This document shows positions 35,267-44,350 of a stretch of DNA of 64,000 nucleotides, one piece after another (position 1 is the first letter of the stretch; each line of letters opens with the position of its first letter). The stretch covers positions 32,001-96,000 of the forward strand of contig CAVYSE010000028.1 of the NCBI GenBank assembly GCA_963771075.1, in the 5' to 3' direction. The notes below the pieces were generated by a model. The model saw only the letters and a program-made list of their open reading frames with translations, had not been told where the DNA came from and did no database searches. Origin of the DNA: a candidate division FCPU426 bacterium. GTDB lineage: Bacteria; Oederibacteriota; Muellerivitia; Muellerivitales; Muellerivitaceae. The translations under genes and the position numbers were made by a program.

Positions 35267-35929
35267 TCAACCTTTTCTCGTCTTATTACCGAACCATACG
35301 ACCGCGCCCATGCCGATCAGGATGAGGATGATCCAGATGAGCCCCCGGGTCTCGTCGTCACCCAAAAACATCCCCCACTTGGTGTCCAATGTGCGGCCCA
35401 AATAAAAACCGCCTACCACGCCGCTGACCGAATCGGAGATCATGCCCACCGCGCCCCAAAAAGTATGGTGCACCCGGCTCAGGCCCCAAAGGTGTTCCAC
35501 GAAAAAGAAATAATCGAACACGAAAAAGGGCCCTAAAAACATATAGTCGTTCCTGAAGACCTGGAAGCAAGGGGTCATTCCCAGGGAAAAACCCGTGGAA
35601 TAAAGGCCATAAGCGACCCACATGAAAAAACAACCCAACAGGATAATACGCAGAACGAGGCTCAAAGGCGAAACGAGGAACCGCAACACAAGAGGAAGCT
35701 TCAATTGTTTATAGAAATAGAGCAGGGGATAGACCGCGATAAAGACCACCGCGTTGGCTAAAAAAATCAGGGGGGTAGGGTCGTTGGCGGGGGCGTATTG
35801 GAGGATGTGCAGGAACCCGACAATGCCCAGGATTTCCCAAAGAATGAACCGCGCGAAAGAAGGGGGGTGAGGGAGGATCTCTTCCGGGGCCATCTCGGCC
35901 TCTCTTTCTCCACTTAATGGGTTGCTCAT
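35267..35929 (-). CDS. Hypothetical multi-pass membrane protein
   Basis: About 6 TM segments; 4-nt gap to the downstream paralog. Confidence 0.7.
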   Translation of the reverse strand: MSNPLSGEREAEMAPEEILPHPPSFARFILWEILGIVGFLHILQYAPANDPTPLIFLANAVVFIAVYPLLYFYKQLKLPLVLRFLVSPLSLVLRIILLGCFFMWVAYGLYSTGFSLGMTPCFQVFRNDYMFLGPFFVFDYFFFVEHLWGLSRVHHTFWGAVGMISDSVSGVVGGFYLGRTLDTKWGMFLGDDETRGLIWIILILIGMGAVVWFGNKTRKG

Positions 35930-36065
35930 CCGCTAACGGCAATGGCTTCAATATTATAGGAGTAACCCTCGCGGACGAGACCCCGCGTTGGCTTTTTTTC
36001 GAAGGAGGGCCATGGATTAACCTTGAATTGCGCTCTTTATTATTTTATGAGCCCTGATTCCATCC

Positions 36066-36395
36066 TCAATGGTCGCAGGACCCAGCGCGTTTTTCGGTGA
36101 CTTGCCCGCAGGAGAAGCAGGAATATATGAATAGAATCCCTTCCGAGTCCACGCGAGACGACTGGGCATGGACCCTTCCCCCGCACCAAGCGCAAAAGGA
36201 TTTCTGCCATTGGGGCCGGGTGGTCGCCCAAAGCAGGCCCGCGCCCACCAGGATCTCCAATGCGAAGAGCCGTTCCGCCATTCGAAAGGTCAGGCCCCAA
36301 TAGATCCACAGCAGGGACCCGCCCATGATCGCGGCCAGGAACCACATTAAAAAAAAAATTTTCCAGGGCACGCGACCCACCCATTTTGCTGTCAT
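36066..36395 (-). CDS. Small membrane protein with C-terminal Zn-ribbon
   Basis: Two TM helices then 'CAWC' ... 'CFSC'; GGAAGG RBS. Confidence 0.6.
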   Translation of the reverse strand: MTAKWVGRVPWKIFFLMWFLAAIMGGSLLWIYWGLTFRMAERLFALEILVGAGLLWATTRPQWQKSFCAWCGGRVHAQSSRVDSEGILFIYSCFSCGQVTEKRAGSCDH

Positions 36396-36611
36396 GGCTC
36401 ATACCCTTCCACGGTTTGGATTGACGTTGGTCCCTTCAATATGACGCAGATCATGACGATGGGGAACCCCTTACCGATGGTAACTACAACCCCATCTAAA
36501 ATTAGGTCTCTCGGAAAAGGGCCGTTTAAAAGAATTTTTCTTTTTAGAACATAGTTACACAAAGATACTATCTACCCGAAATTTTCATAAACGTAACAAT
36601 ATTTTTTAAAG

Positions 36612-36627
36612 TGTGACCTGCGTCACA
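36612..36627. promoter_or_regulatory. CRP/FNR-family binding site
   Basis: Perfect TGTGA-cctgcg-TCACA with AT-rich flanks; TATACT -10 at 36642-36647; inverted near-copy at 36440-36455. Confidence 0.7.
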
Positions 36628-36751
36628 TTACAAACCGACCCTATACTTTAAAACTCACTCAACAGGCCTTTTGACCTCCCGGCGCGAGACCCTGATCCGG
36701 GGAGAAAAAGTCCATCGGAAAAAACCCGAAAGAACACAAGGAGAAAAGAAA

Positions 36752-37531
36752 ATGAAATCAAACAACGTAGGAATCATCCTCGCGGTCGCAACCACCCTCA
36801 GCACCCTGGCCTGGGCGGAATCAACACCCGTTTCGACCCCCGCGAAAAGTTCATGGACTGGCAACCAGCTGACCTCGGGTTTGGCTTCCGTTCCGGCCAC
36901 CGAAAGGCCCGCCACCGTCATCGGCCCGGTCGTGAGCGTCACTGCCAAAAAAGGCTCCTCACTCCTGGTCTTGCGGTCCGGCAGCGCCCTCTACATGGTG
37001 GGCGATTCCACCCTGCATAAATATGAGATGGGAGCCAAGTCGCTGCAAGGCTCGGCGGTCATCAAAGCTTCCGCCGCATCGCTCAACACCGACGAGGGAC
37101 TTGTCGCCGCCCTCAAAGCCGGCAAGGCCGAGGCCATGGCCCTGACGGTCCCGGTCAACATGTTCAAATCGAAGGAATCGGGCCTGGACGACAACGCCTA
37201 CAAGGCCCTGAACGCCACCCAATATCCGGAGATCCAATTCGCCCTCACGAGCGAGACCCTGGTGGACGGCAAAACCGCTGACACTTATGTGATGACCGCC
37301 CAGGGAACCTTGACCATCTCGGGCGTGACCCAGCCCGTCATCCTGACCGCCGACACCACGGTCAAGAACGGCGTCATCCGCTTGAAGGGCGTGCAGGCAC
37401 TGAAAATGACCGATTTCAAAATCACCCCGCCCGTGTTCAGCCTGTTGGTGACATCCATCAAGTGCACGGACGATATCGAGATCCACTACGACGTGTCTTT
37501 CGCCATCGCGGGAGAGGTGCCGGTGAAATAG
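36752..37531 (+). CDS. YceI-family periplasmic lipid/polyisoprenoid-binding protein
   Basis: ATG 36752 with GGAGA; signal peptide; 'GDSTLHKY', 'LDDNAYKALNATQYPEIQF', 'GTLTISGVT', 'LKMTDFKITPP'. Confidence 0.85.
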   Translation: MKSNNVGIILAVATTLSTLAWAESTPVSTPAKSSWTGNQLTSGLASVPATERPATVIGPVVSVTAKKGSSLLVLRSGSALYMVGDSTLHKYEMGAKSLQGSAVIKASAASLNTDEGLVAALKAGKAEAMALTVPVNMFKSKESGLDDNAYKALNATQYPEIQFALTSETLVDGKTADTYVMTAQGTLTISGVTQPVILTADTTVKNGVIRLKGVQALKMTDFKITPPVFSLLVTSIKCTDDIEIHYDVSFAIAGEVPVK

Positions 37532-37658
37532 GAAAGCGACGGCCCGGGCCTTCTCCCTGAGGGGGCCCGGAAAAGGAAGTGGCAGGAAGGTTTTTCCAAA
37601 CCCGGGGGAGCCGGGGGAATGAGAAGCCCAAAGAAGTAAAAAAACGGAGGAGAATAAG

Positions 37659-39149
37659 ATGAAAACTTTTCAGAAAGTGCTGATGGCGGCCTTGTTGCTG
37701 CTGGGCTTCTTGCCCCGCGTCCACGCCGCTGAGATTTTCAAGAATGACGACCTCGACATTTCTCTCGGCGGACGCATTCAGGAATTGGGTGAAATGGAGC
37801 TGGTCACGGATGACTCGATTCGAAACCATTTCCGAGTCTATTGCTGGAACTACGAAGACCGTCTTTTCACGAGCGGCGACTATCAAGGTTACAAATGGAA
37901 TTTCGAAGTCGATTTTGGCGGGGAGGATGTCGCCAATTCCACCAACGGTTCCTTTGACCTTCTGGATGCCTATGTGGATATTCCCCTCATCCCTGACATG
38001 GTGACAATCAAGGTCGGCCAATTTCGCGACCCAACCGAATTGGAAAGCGCCACCTACGACGGGAACCAGCTTTTCACTGAAAAGTCCCCCAACTTCAACC
38101 TCTTCTTCAACGAGGGATATGACACCGGGGTCGCCCTTTACGGCCATATCGGCAATTTGGATGGCGCCGCTGGATTGGTTCAGGGCGCACCGGACCTTCC
38201 CCAGCGTTATTTGCCCGAGATCGCCAACATTCCCTTGCCCATGTTCTTGCGCATCGGCTACAACGACGGGATCACCGACGATCCTTTCCATCAGAAGCAA
38301 ACCGGCTTTGCCAAACCGGACCGGGCTTTATTCGCCATCCACGCCAACGGGTATGTCGCGGCTGACAGCAACGCGGGCCACGGGGACCTCTTCAGCCAAA
38401 TGGGCGGAGGCTTGGCCACCTTCAATGCCAACAGTTATTTCGGGAACGTCCTGCTTTCAAAGACTTTTAACCCCTATTTGGGAGCGGATTCGGCTTCAAC
38501 ACCCGTTACCGAGAACTATTACCAGGCTGGGTTGGACTTCCAATTCCGCTCTCCCTTAGCCGACACCACCTTCACCTGCACCGGCGAGGTCATGATTGGG
38601 CATTACGACATCACGGTCTCGACCCCAATGATCGCCGGGGTCCCGACGGGGTTCATTCCCTCGGCAACGACGAACGCCTTGGGCGCTATTCCGGTAACAG
38701 CCGTGCCGGGAAGCCAGTATGCCTTGAACATCGGCGGCGGCGAGTTGACCGCCTCCATCGGCGACAAGCCCTGGGAATTGGCGGGACGTCTTGCCGTGGT
38801 CATTCCGGACAGCGGGATGATGGGAACGCAGGCAGGCGGGTCCTATAACAATTTCACGATGAACGGCACCAAATACACCAGCTACTACTTTAACCCGATC
38901 TTCCCGAACGGCAATCCGATCTGGGAAGTCACCTTCCCCTCGATTACCTGGCACATGAACGACGATTGCAAGCTCGTCGCGGAAACCATGTTCATGTTCA
39001 ACGAGGCCGAGGCGGAGGACGTCGACGGCAACTATGTCATCGCGGAGATGCCTGGTTCGGCCACCAGCGCCACCGCAGGGTATCGGGCGAACAACATCGA
39101 GGCCGGATTTGTGCCTATCGGCCGCATGATGTTTCAGCTGCAGTTCTAG
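37659..39149 (+). CDS. Outer-membrane porin-like protein (OprO/P-like N-terminus)
   Basis: Signal peptide; 'ISLGGRIQ', 'LLDAYVDI..TIKVGQFRDP'; ends 'MMFQLQF'. Confidence 0.75.
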   Translation: MKTFQKVLMAALLLLGFLPRVHAAEIFKNDDLDISLGGRIQELGEMELVTDDSIRNHFRVYCWNYEDRLFTSGDYQGYKWNFEVDFGGEDVANSTNGSFDLLDAYVDIPLIPDMVTIKVGQFRDPTELESATYDGNQLFTEKSPNFNLFFNEGYDTGVALYGHIGNLDGAAGLVQGAPDLPQRYLPEIANIPLPMFLRIGYNDGITDDPFHQKQTGFAKPDRALFAIHANGYVAADSNAGHGDLFSQMGGGLATFNANSYFGNVLLSKTFNPYLGADSASTPVTENYYQAGLDFQFRSPLADTTFTCTGEVMIGHYDITVSTPMIAGVPTGFIPSATTNALGAIPVTAVPGSQYALNIGGGELTASIGDKPWELAGRLAVVIPDSGMMGTQAGGSYNNFTMNGTKYTSYYFNPIFPNGNPIWEVTFPSITWHMNDDCKLVAETMFMFNEAEAEDVDGNYVIAEMPGSATSATAGYRANNIEAGFVPIGRMMFQLQF

Positions 39150-39162
39150 GAAAGAGGGGCCC

Positions 39163-40011
39163 ATGAGGGGAAAAAGCTTCGTTCCATACCTCCTCAGGGC
39201 TGTTGTGGCAGTCGCCTGTGCCGCGCTCTCCTGCGGCACAGGCGCCGCTGCCGATGATATTTCGCTGGCCTTTTACGAGGGCTACGGCCATTACAAGGTC
39301 GAGGGCTCTTTCTTCGTCGATGCCGACGCGCAAACCGCCTGGGATGTCCTGACCAATTACGAGCGCATCCCCGATTTTGTCCACAGCATGAAAATCAGCA
39401 AGGTCGAGCAGCGCAGCAACAATGATCTGGTCCTCCGCCAGGAAGGCGAAGGAAGCTTCCTTTTTTTCTCCAAACGAATCCATCTGCTCATGAACGTCCA
39501 CGAACAGCCCCAAACGAACAGCATCATCTTTACCGACACCAGCCACAAGGATTTCGATTCCTACCAGGGCACCTGGAAGATCACCCCTTCCGATTACGGC
39601 CATGGTCTGGAGGTCATTTATACCCTTGACGCGGACCAGAATTTCTCTGCGCCCGCTTTCATCGCCTCGGACGTGGTCAAAGGTAATGTGCAGGATCTGT
39701 TGCGATCGTTGAAAAAAGAGATCGCCCAACGGCAGATGGCCACGGACCAGGAGTTGGCCGCCAAAGCCCTTCAAAACGCTAAAATCATTCCCTCCAAGCT
39801 GGCCTTGGCCTTAAAAAGCGGGAACGCGGTGGACAGCCTTTCAGTTCAGTGGACCCCTCAGGCTCTCCTCCCGCTAACCCAATCCCGGAATTCCCCTACC
39901 GAGTCAGGGGTTTCTGAAAAGAGGAGGCGCCTCCCTCTCCCCTCTTTTTCCCTTCCGGGCTCTCCAGGGAAGAGGCCTTCCCCAGTTTTCCAAAACCAAA
40001 CTTTCGCTTGA
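39163..40011 (+). CDS. Secreted SRPBCC/polyketide-cyclase (Coq10-like) family protein
   Basis: Signal peptide; 'AWDVLTNYERIPDFVHSMKIS', 'DFDSYQGTWKI'. The C-terminal tail overlapping dinB is doubtful. Confidence 0.8.
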   Translation: MRGKSFVPYLLRAVVAVACAALSCGTGAAADDISLAFYEGYGHYKVEGSFFVDADAQTAWDVLTNYERIPDFVHSMKISKVEQRSNNDLVLRQEGEGSFLFFSKRIHLLMNVHEQPQTNSIIFTDTSHKDFDSYQGTWKITPSDYGHGLEVIYTLDADQNFSAPAFIASDVVKGNVQDLLRSLKKEIAQRQMATDQELAAKALQNAKIIPSKLALALKSGNAVDSLSVQWTPQALLPLTQSRNSPTESGVSEKRRRLPLPSFSLPGSPGKRPSPVFQNQTFA

Positions 40012-41141
40012 TGGAATCAACGCTTTTAAATAGTTTTTCTTTCCGGGGGTCGCCCATTTCGGGAAAAAGCCAATTCTCCCCTTCTTCCTGCTCAAATTTG
40101 GAAAGGGACACCCCCAACAACCTGATCTTTCGGCCGCGAAGATCCTCTTCGTTTAATAGTTCCTCCGCGGTCAAGCAAAACCACCGCGTCATCGTGGGTA
40201 GCGCCGAGGGTCCGGGCCCGGGTCAGGGTTTGGAAATTCTCAAACCTTAATTTCAGCGTGACGGTCCGCGCCTTTTTCCCCAATCTCCGCAACCGGTAGC
40301 AGCTTTTCTCGGACAGCCATGCCAGGGTTTGACGGATTTGAAGCGGGTCGGAGATGTCATGGTCAAAGGTCGTCTCATGGCCCACGCTTTTGGACGGATG
40401 AAAGGGCGCCACGGGAGAATCATCCACCCCACGGGCTACTTCCCACAGCCAATGGCCGGCCGAGACCCCGAAGGTTTCTTCCAGTAATTTCCGAGGTGCC
40501 TTCAACAGATCCCCAATTTGGTGGATGCCCAATTGCTTTAAACGCGGTTGTGTTTTTTCTCCCGCCCCATGTAAACGCTCGATGGGCAGGGGGTTTAAAA
40601 ACGCCTGCTCCTCCCCTTCGGGCACGACGATCCATCCTGTTTTGGATCCCGAGGAGGGTTTTACAGTCTTGCCCGCGATCTTGGCCACGTACTTGTTGGA
40701 AGCGATCGCGACCGAACAGGTCAATTTTGTTCTTTCCAGGATGGCATCCTTGACCCTTTGGGCCATCCGGCCCCTATCCTCCCCGAACATGGCCTCGCAA
40801 CCCGTGAAATCGAGATAAAACTCGTCGATGGAGGCGTATTCCACCACCGGCGCGATTCGCCTCAGAAGGGCGTAAACCTTGCGGGAATATTTGGAGTAGA
40901 GTTTGTATTCACCCGGAACAAAGATCGCCTGGGGACAAAGCTTTTGAGCCGTGAGGAGAGGCATCCCCGATTTGACCCCGAACGGGCGTGCTTCGTAGGA
41001 AGCCGAACAAACAACCCCCCGTTCGCCTTTTCTTCCCCCCACGATCACCGGTTTTCCCCGAAGGGCGGGGTTAACCAATCGTTCGCAGGAAACGAAAAAG
41101 GAATCCATATCCACGTGGGCGACGAGGCGGGCCATAGGCAT
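39896..41141 (-). pseudogene. dinB: DNA polymerase IV (DinB), frameshifted near 40177-40180
   Basis: 'HVDMDSFFVS', 'SASYEAR', 'SIDEFYLD', 'KSVGHETTF'. The expected end 'IRLLGVSLS..VDSIKRKFG' lies in another frame (ORF 39896-40192). Confidence 0.85.
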
Positions 41142-41192
41142 ACACTAGTATTCCTTTGACCGCCCGTCAACGGCTTAACGAGACGGAGGGGC

Positions 41193-41678
41193 CTAATTTC
41201 GCTTGAAAGTCAGGGTCATCTTGGACCCATTCGGAAGGGTCGGCGGTTCCGGTTTGACCTTAATTTGCTGGGCTTGCCGCTGTCTCTCCAGGGTTTGAAT
41301 CCTTAAAAAGTCCTCTTTATTGACAGCCGCGAAATGGATTTCGGCCCTGAACACGGGTCTTTTCAACTCGAAAAAGGTTTCCATCTTAATGACCCGGGCC
41401 AAGACGCGCATCTTGGTCTTATGCCGGGCGACGAACATGTGTACTTCCAGAATTTCCTTTGGGCTGAAAACGCTGTCCCCGGTCAAGAAAAGATCACCGT
41501 AGGAAACCCGCTTGTCGATGACGAAATAAAGACTTTCATCCGGGTTGGCCTCGGAGGACCGGTTGAATAGTTTTTTTCGAGGTGTTTTCTTGACCTTCGT
41601 CCGGTGGTATTTGACCTCGACGATGGACTGCACGACCCCTTGAACATGCTTTTCCAGCCAACCGGTCTTTTGCCTCAT
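41193..41678 (-). CDS. Degenerate PilZ-like protein
   Basis: Colinear with 27386-27844 ('GWLEK', 'LARVIK', 'FRAEIHFAAVNKED'); GGGGAGA RBS. Confidence 0.6.
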   Translation of the reverse strand: MRQKTGWLEKHVQGVVQSIVEVKYHRTKVKKTPRKKLFNRSSEANPDESLYFVIDKRVSYGDLFLTGDSVFSPKEILEVHMFVARHKTKMRVLARVIKMETFFELKRPVFRAEIHFAAVNKEDFLRIQTLERQRQAQQIKVKPEPPTLPNGSKMTLTFKRN

Positions 41679-41838
41679 CCGTCTCCCCTTTTAATTCAGG
41701 TTATCCATTGATAGGCTCCCAAATAATAACAATTCTAACGTCTGGATTGCCTCCAACTTCAGTCCTAGAAGTCACTTTGTTTAATAAAGACCGCACTGAC
41801 TCGACTCCCTTGAGCTTGAACGTTTAAGTGAAAAGAAA

Positions 41839-42471
41839 TCAAGAATAGATATAGGAAAGACTAGGAAGAAGATTGGTTGGTGTAAGTTCTCTTATCTTCG
41901 CACCCCGTCCTTCCCATTCGATGACCCTTTGTTGGTGTTCCCGCCAAATCGTCCGAACCGAAATTTCGCCGTAAACCGCCTTCAAGTGTAGGGAAAGTTG
42001 TTCATTCGTCGGCCTTTTGGCGCCGGTCAAGAGCCTTGCCGCGCCATCCTGCGAACAGGCGGTCAAAATAAATCCATTCCCATCAAAAGAATAGATTTCA
42101 AGATTGGGGAGGACCACCTTTCCCCCTTCTTTTCCCTCGACCCAATTCACGATCAGTACCGCCGACTTAGCGTCGGGAGCGATGAAGGTGGAAGCCCAGA
42201 AAAAATTCATCGCGGCGTAGGAAAAATCGCCTACATGCCGGAAACCTTCTGATTTTAATCGAATAATGAGTTCTCTTTGCCATGGGGGGGTCAGGGCTTC
42301 CACCAAACCCGGAGGCGCCGGTGCCAGGATTACCGGAGGTTGGGGCAGGTCTCCATCATTTTTTTTGGTTTTAGGCCGGCTTTTTTCAGCCGCCCAAATC
42401 AGGATTCCTGTTCCTAAAAGCAAAAGGAGAACAACTGTTCCAACCGAACCCATAACACCCTTTTCACCCAA
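41839..42471 (-). CDS. Hypothetical membrane-anchored protein
   Basis: N-terminal hydrophobic helix then a soluble domain; the start may be ATG 42453. Confidence 0.55.
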   Translation of the reverse strand: MGEKGVMGSVGTVVLLLLLGTGILIWAAEKSRPKTKKNDGDLPQPPVILAPAPPGLVEALTPPWQRELIIRLKSEGFRHVGDFSYAAMNFFWASTFIAPDAKSAVLIVNWVEGKEGGKVVLPNLEIYSFDGNGFILTACSQDGAARLLTGAKRPTNEQLSLHLKAVYGEISVRTIWREHQQRVIEWEGRGAKIRELTPTNLLPSLSYIYS

Positions 42472-42474
42472 GAG

Positions 42475-42632
42475 TCATAGAGACACAGAGGAAAACCTAA
42501 TTAATTTATGAACTTATAAAACCTTAAAACCCCAGTTCATTCAATGTGTAACTTTATGTTTTATTCTTGAAGCTGACTTGCCTTTGCGCTTATCCCAAAA
42601 CGATTTTCTATGGGACTTTGTGTTTCCGTGGT
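42475..42632. repeat. Intergenic inverted-repeat element (CACxxAG 9-mer family)
   Basis: TCATAGAGACACAGAG ... CTTTGTGTTTCCGTGGT with an AT-rich core. Confidence 0.55.
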
Positions 42633-42640
42633 AATTTTTT

Positions 42641-43204
42641 TTACTTTCCGTAGGTTCCCATCAATTGGGTTTCGGCGAGAATATGCCCTTTCATGACACC
42701 CAAGAGCTGATTTTTGGAGGCCCCCGCCCTCAGATTCAAGACCGTATCCAGGGCGTAAAGCTTGAAATAGTACCGGTGGACTCCGCTCGGAGGCGCCGGA
42801 CCGTCATAACCGATTTGGCCAAAGTCGTTCATACCTTGGCGGATTCCCTTATCGCTGATTTCCTTCTTTGGGAAGTTTTCCAATAACTTGAAAGTGGATT
42901 TGAACACTTCCTTCTCGATGGGAATGTCAAATATAACCCAATGGACCCAGATACGGCCGGGGGCGTCCGGATCGTCGCAAATCAGGGCGAAGGTTTTTGT
43001 TTTCTCAGGAACGCCCGTCCAATGCAATTCGGGAGACTGGTTCTCGTGTTGATAACCGCACCAGGAGGGCAGACGGTCTCCCGCTTTGAAGGATTCACTG
43101 AATAATTGAAGCTTACCCTTTTCCATATCCGATCCTCCCCAAACCCAAGAACTCCAAAAGACCAAAACGAACACCATGGGTCCAAATTTTGGAATCATAA
43201 CCAT
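42641..43204 (-). CDS. YbhB/YbcL (PEBP/RKIP-like) protein
   Basis: 'NQSPELHW', 'DDPDAP..WVHW', 'GYDGPAPP..HRYYFKLYALD'. Confidence 0.93.
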   Translation of the reverse strand: MVMIPKFGPMVFVLVFWSSWVWGGSDMEKGKLQLFSESFKAGDRLPSWCGYQHENQSPELHWTGVPEKTKTFALICDDPDAPGRIWVHWVIFDIPIEKEVFKSTFKLLENFPKKEISDKGIRQGMNDFGQIGYDGPAPPSGVHRYYFKLYALDTVLNLRAGASKNQLLGVMKGHILAETQLMGTYGK

Positions 43205-43315
43205 CTCTCTTTTTCGGAATGTTTGATTCTTATTTTAATATTAGTTGGTAATTTATACTTGGTTTAACCTTACAATATGACATCCGGTGGATTTCATCCC
43301 TTAAAAGAACAAACA

Positions 43316-44350
43316 ATGCCCGAAATCGACTCTTATCTCCAAACCTGCATCGACCAGAAATGTTCCGACCTGCATATTGCCTCCGAATCCCCTGTTTGCG
43401 TCCGCCAATTGGGCCGGTTGATCCCCATCACGGAGGGGCCCCTTTCCGCCGAACAATGTGAGGCCCTGATTTTCGAGGCATTGGACCCGGCGACCCTGGG
43501 ACGCCTGAAGGAATCCCTCGAAGTGGATACCACCTATACCCTCCCTAACGGCGAGCGATTCCGCGTGAATGCCTTTCGCCAGCGGCTAGGCTGGGACGCC
43601 GTTTACCGCCATTTCAGCTCCAAGGTCCGCTCCATTGATGAGTTGGGCCTTCCGCCTATCCTTAAAAAATTCGCCGACGCCAACCAGGGAATCATCCTCA
43701 TCACCGGACCCGGCCGATGCGGAAAGTCCACCACCTGTTCCGCCCTGGTTGATTATTTGAACGAGACCACCGAAGAACATATTATCACTATTGAGGACCC
43801 TATCGAGTATATCCACCACCGCAAACAATCCATCGTCAACCAGCGGGGGGTGGGCCACCACACCGAAAGCTTCACCAGCGCCCTCCGGAGCGCCCTCCGG
43901 GAAGATCCGGATATCATCATGGTGGGGGAAATGCGGGACCACGAGACCATGAGCCTGGCCCTGACCGCCGCCGAAACGGGCCACCTGGTCATCGGGACCC
44001 TTCACACCGGGTCCGCCACCTCCACTATTTCCCGTGTCGTCAGCTTGTTCCCCGCGGGTGAACAACCCCAAGCCATTGCCAGCCTCTCCGAAAACCTCGT
44101 GGGAATCGTCTCCCAGCGCCTTCTAGTCAACGCCGAGGGAAACGGCATGGTGCCCGCCTTCGAGATCCTGGTCAATATCATGGCGGTATCCAATGTCATT
44201 CACGAGCGGGAGTTCTTCAAGATCCCATCCCTCATTGCGACCGGTGCATTGCACGGAATGCTGACCATGGAAGCGTCCCTCAAGGCCCTGGTCACGGCCA
44301 AAAAAATCAACCCGGCCCAGGCCGACGAAATACTGGCGGAGGAATCCTGA
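43316..44350 (+). CDS. pilT: PilT/PilU-family retraction ATPase (copy 1)
   Basis: 'SDLHI', 'RFRVN', Walker A 'GPGRCGKST', 'EDPIEY', 'REDPDIIMVGEMRD', 'ETGHLVIGTLHT'. Confidence 0.88.
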   Translation: MPEIDSYLQTCIDQKCSDLHIASESPVCVRQLGRLIPITEGPLSAEQCEALIFEALDPATLGRLKESLEVDTTYTLPNGERFRVNAFRQRLGWDAVYRHFSSKVRSIDELGLPPILKKFADANQGIILITGPGRCGKSTTCSALVDYLNETTEEHIITIEDPIEYIHHRKQSIVNQRGVGHHTESFTSALRSALREDPDIIMVGEMRDHETMSLALTAAETGHLVIGTLHTGSATSTISRVVSLFPAGEQPQAIASLSENLVGIVSQRLLVNAEGNGMVPAFEILVNIMAVSNVIHEREFFKIPSLIATGALHGMLTMEASLKALVTAKKINPAQADEILAEES

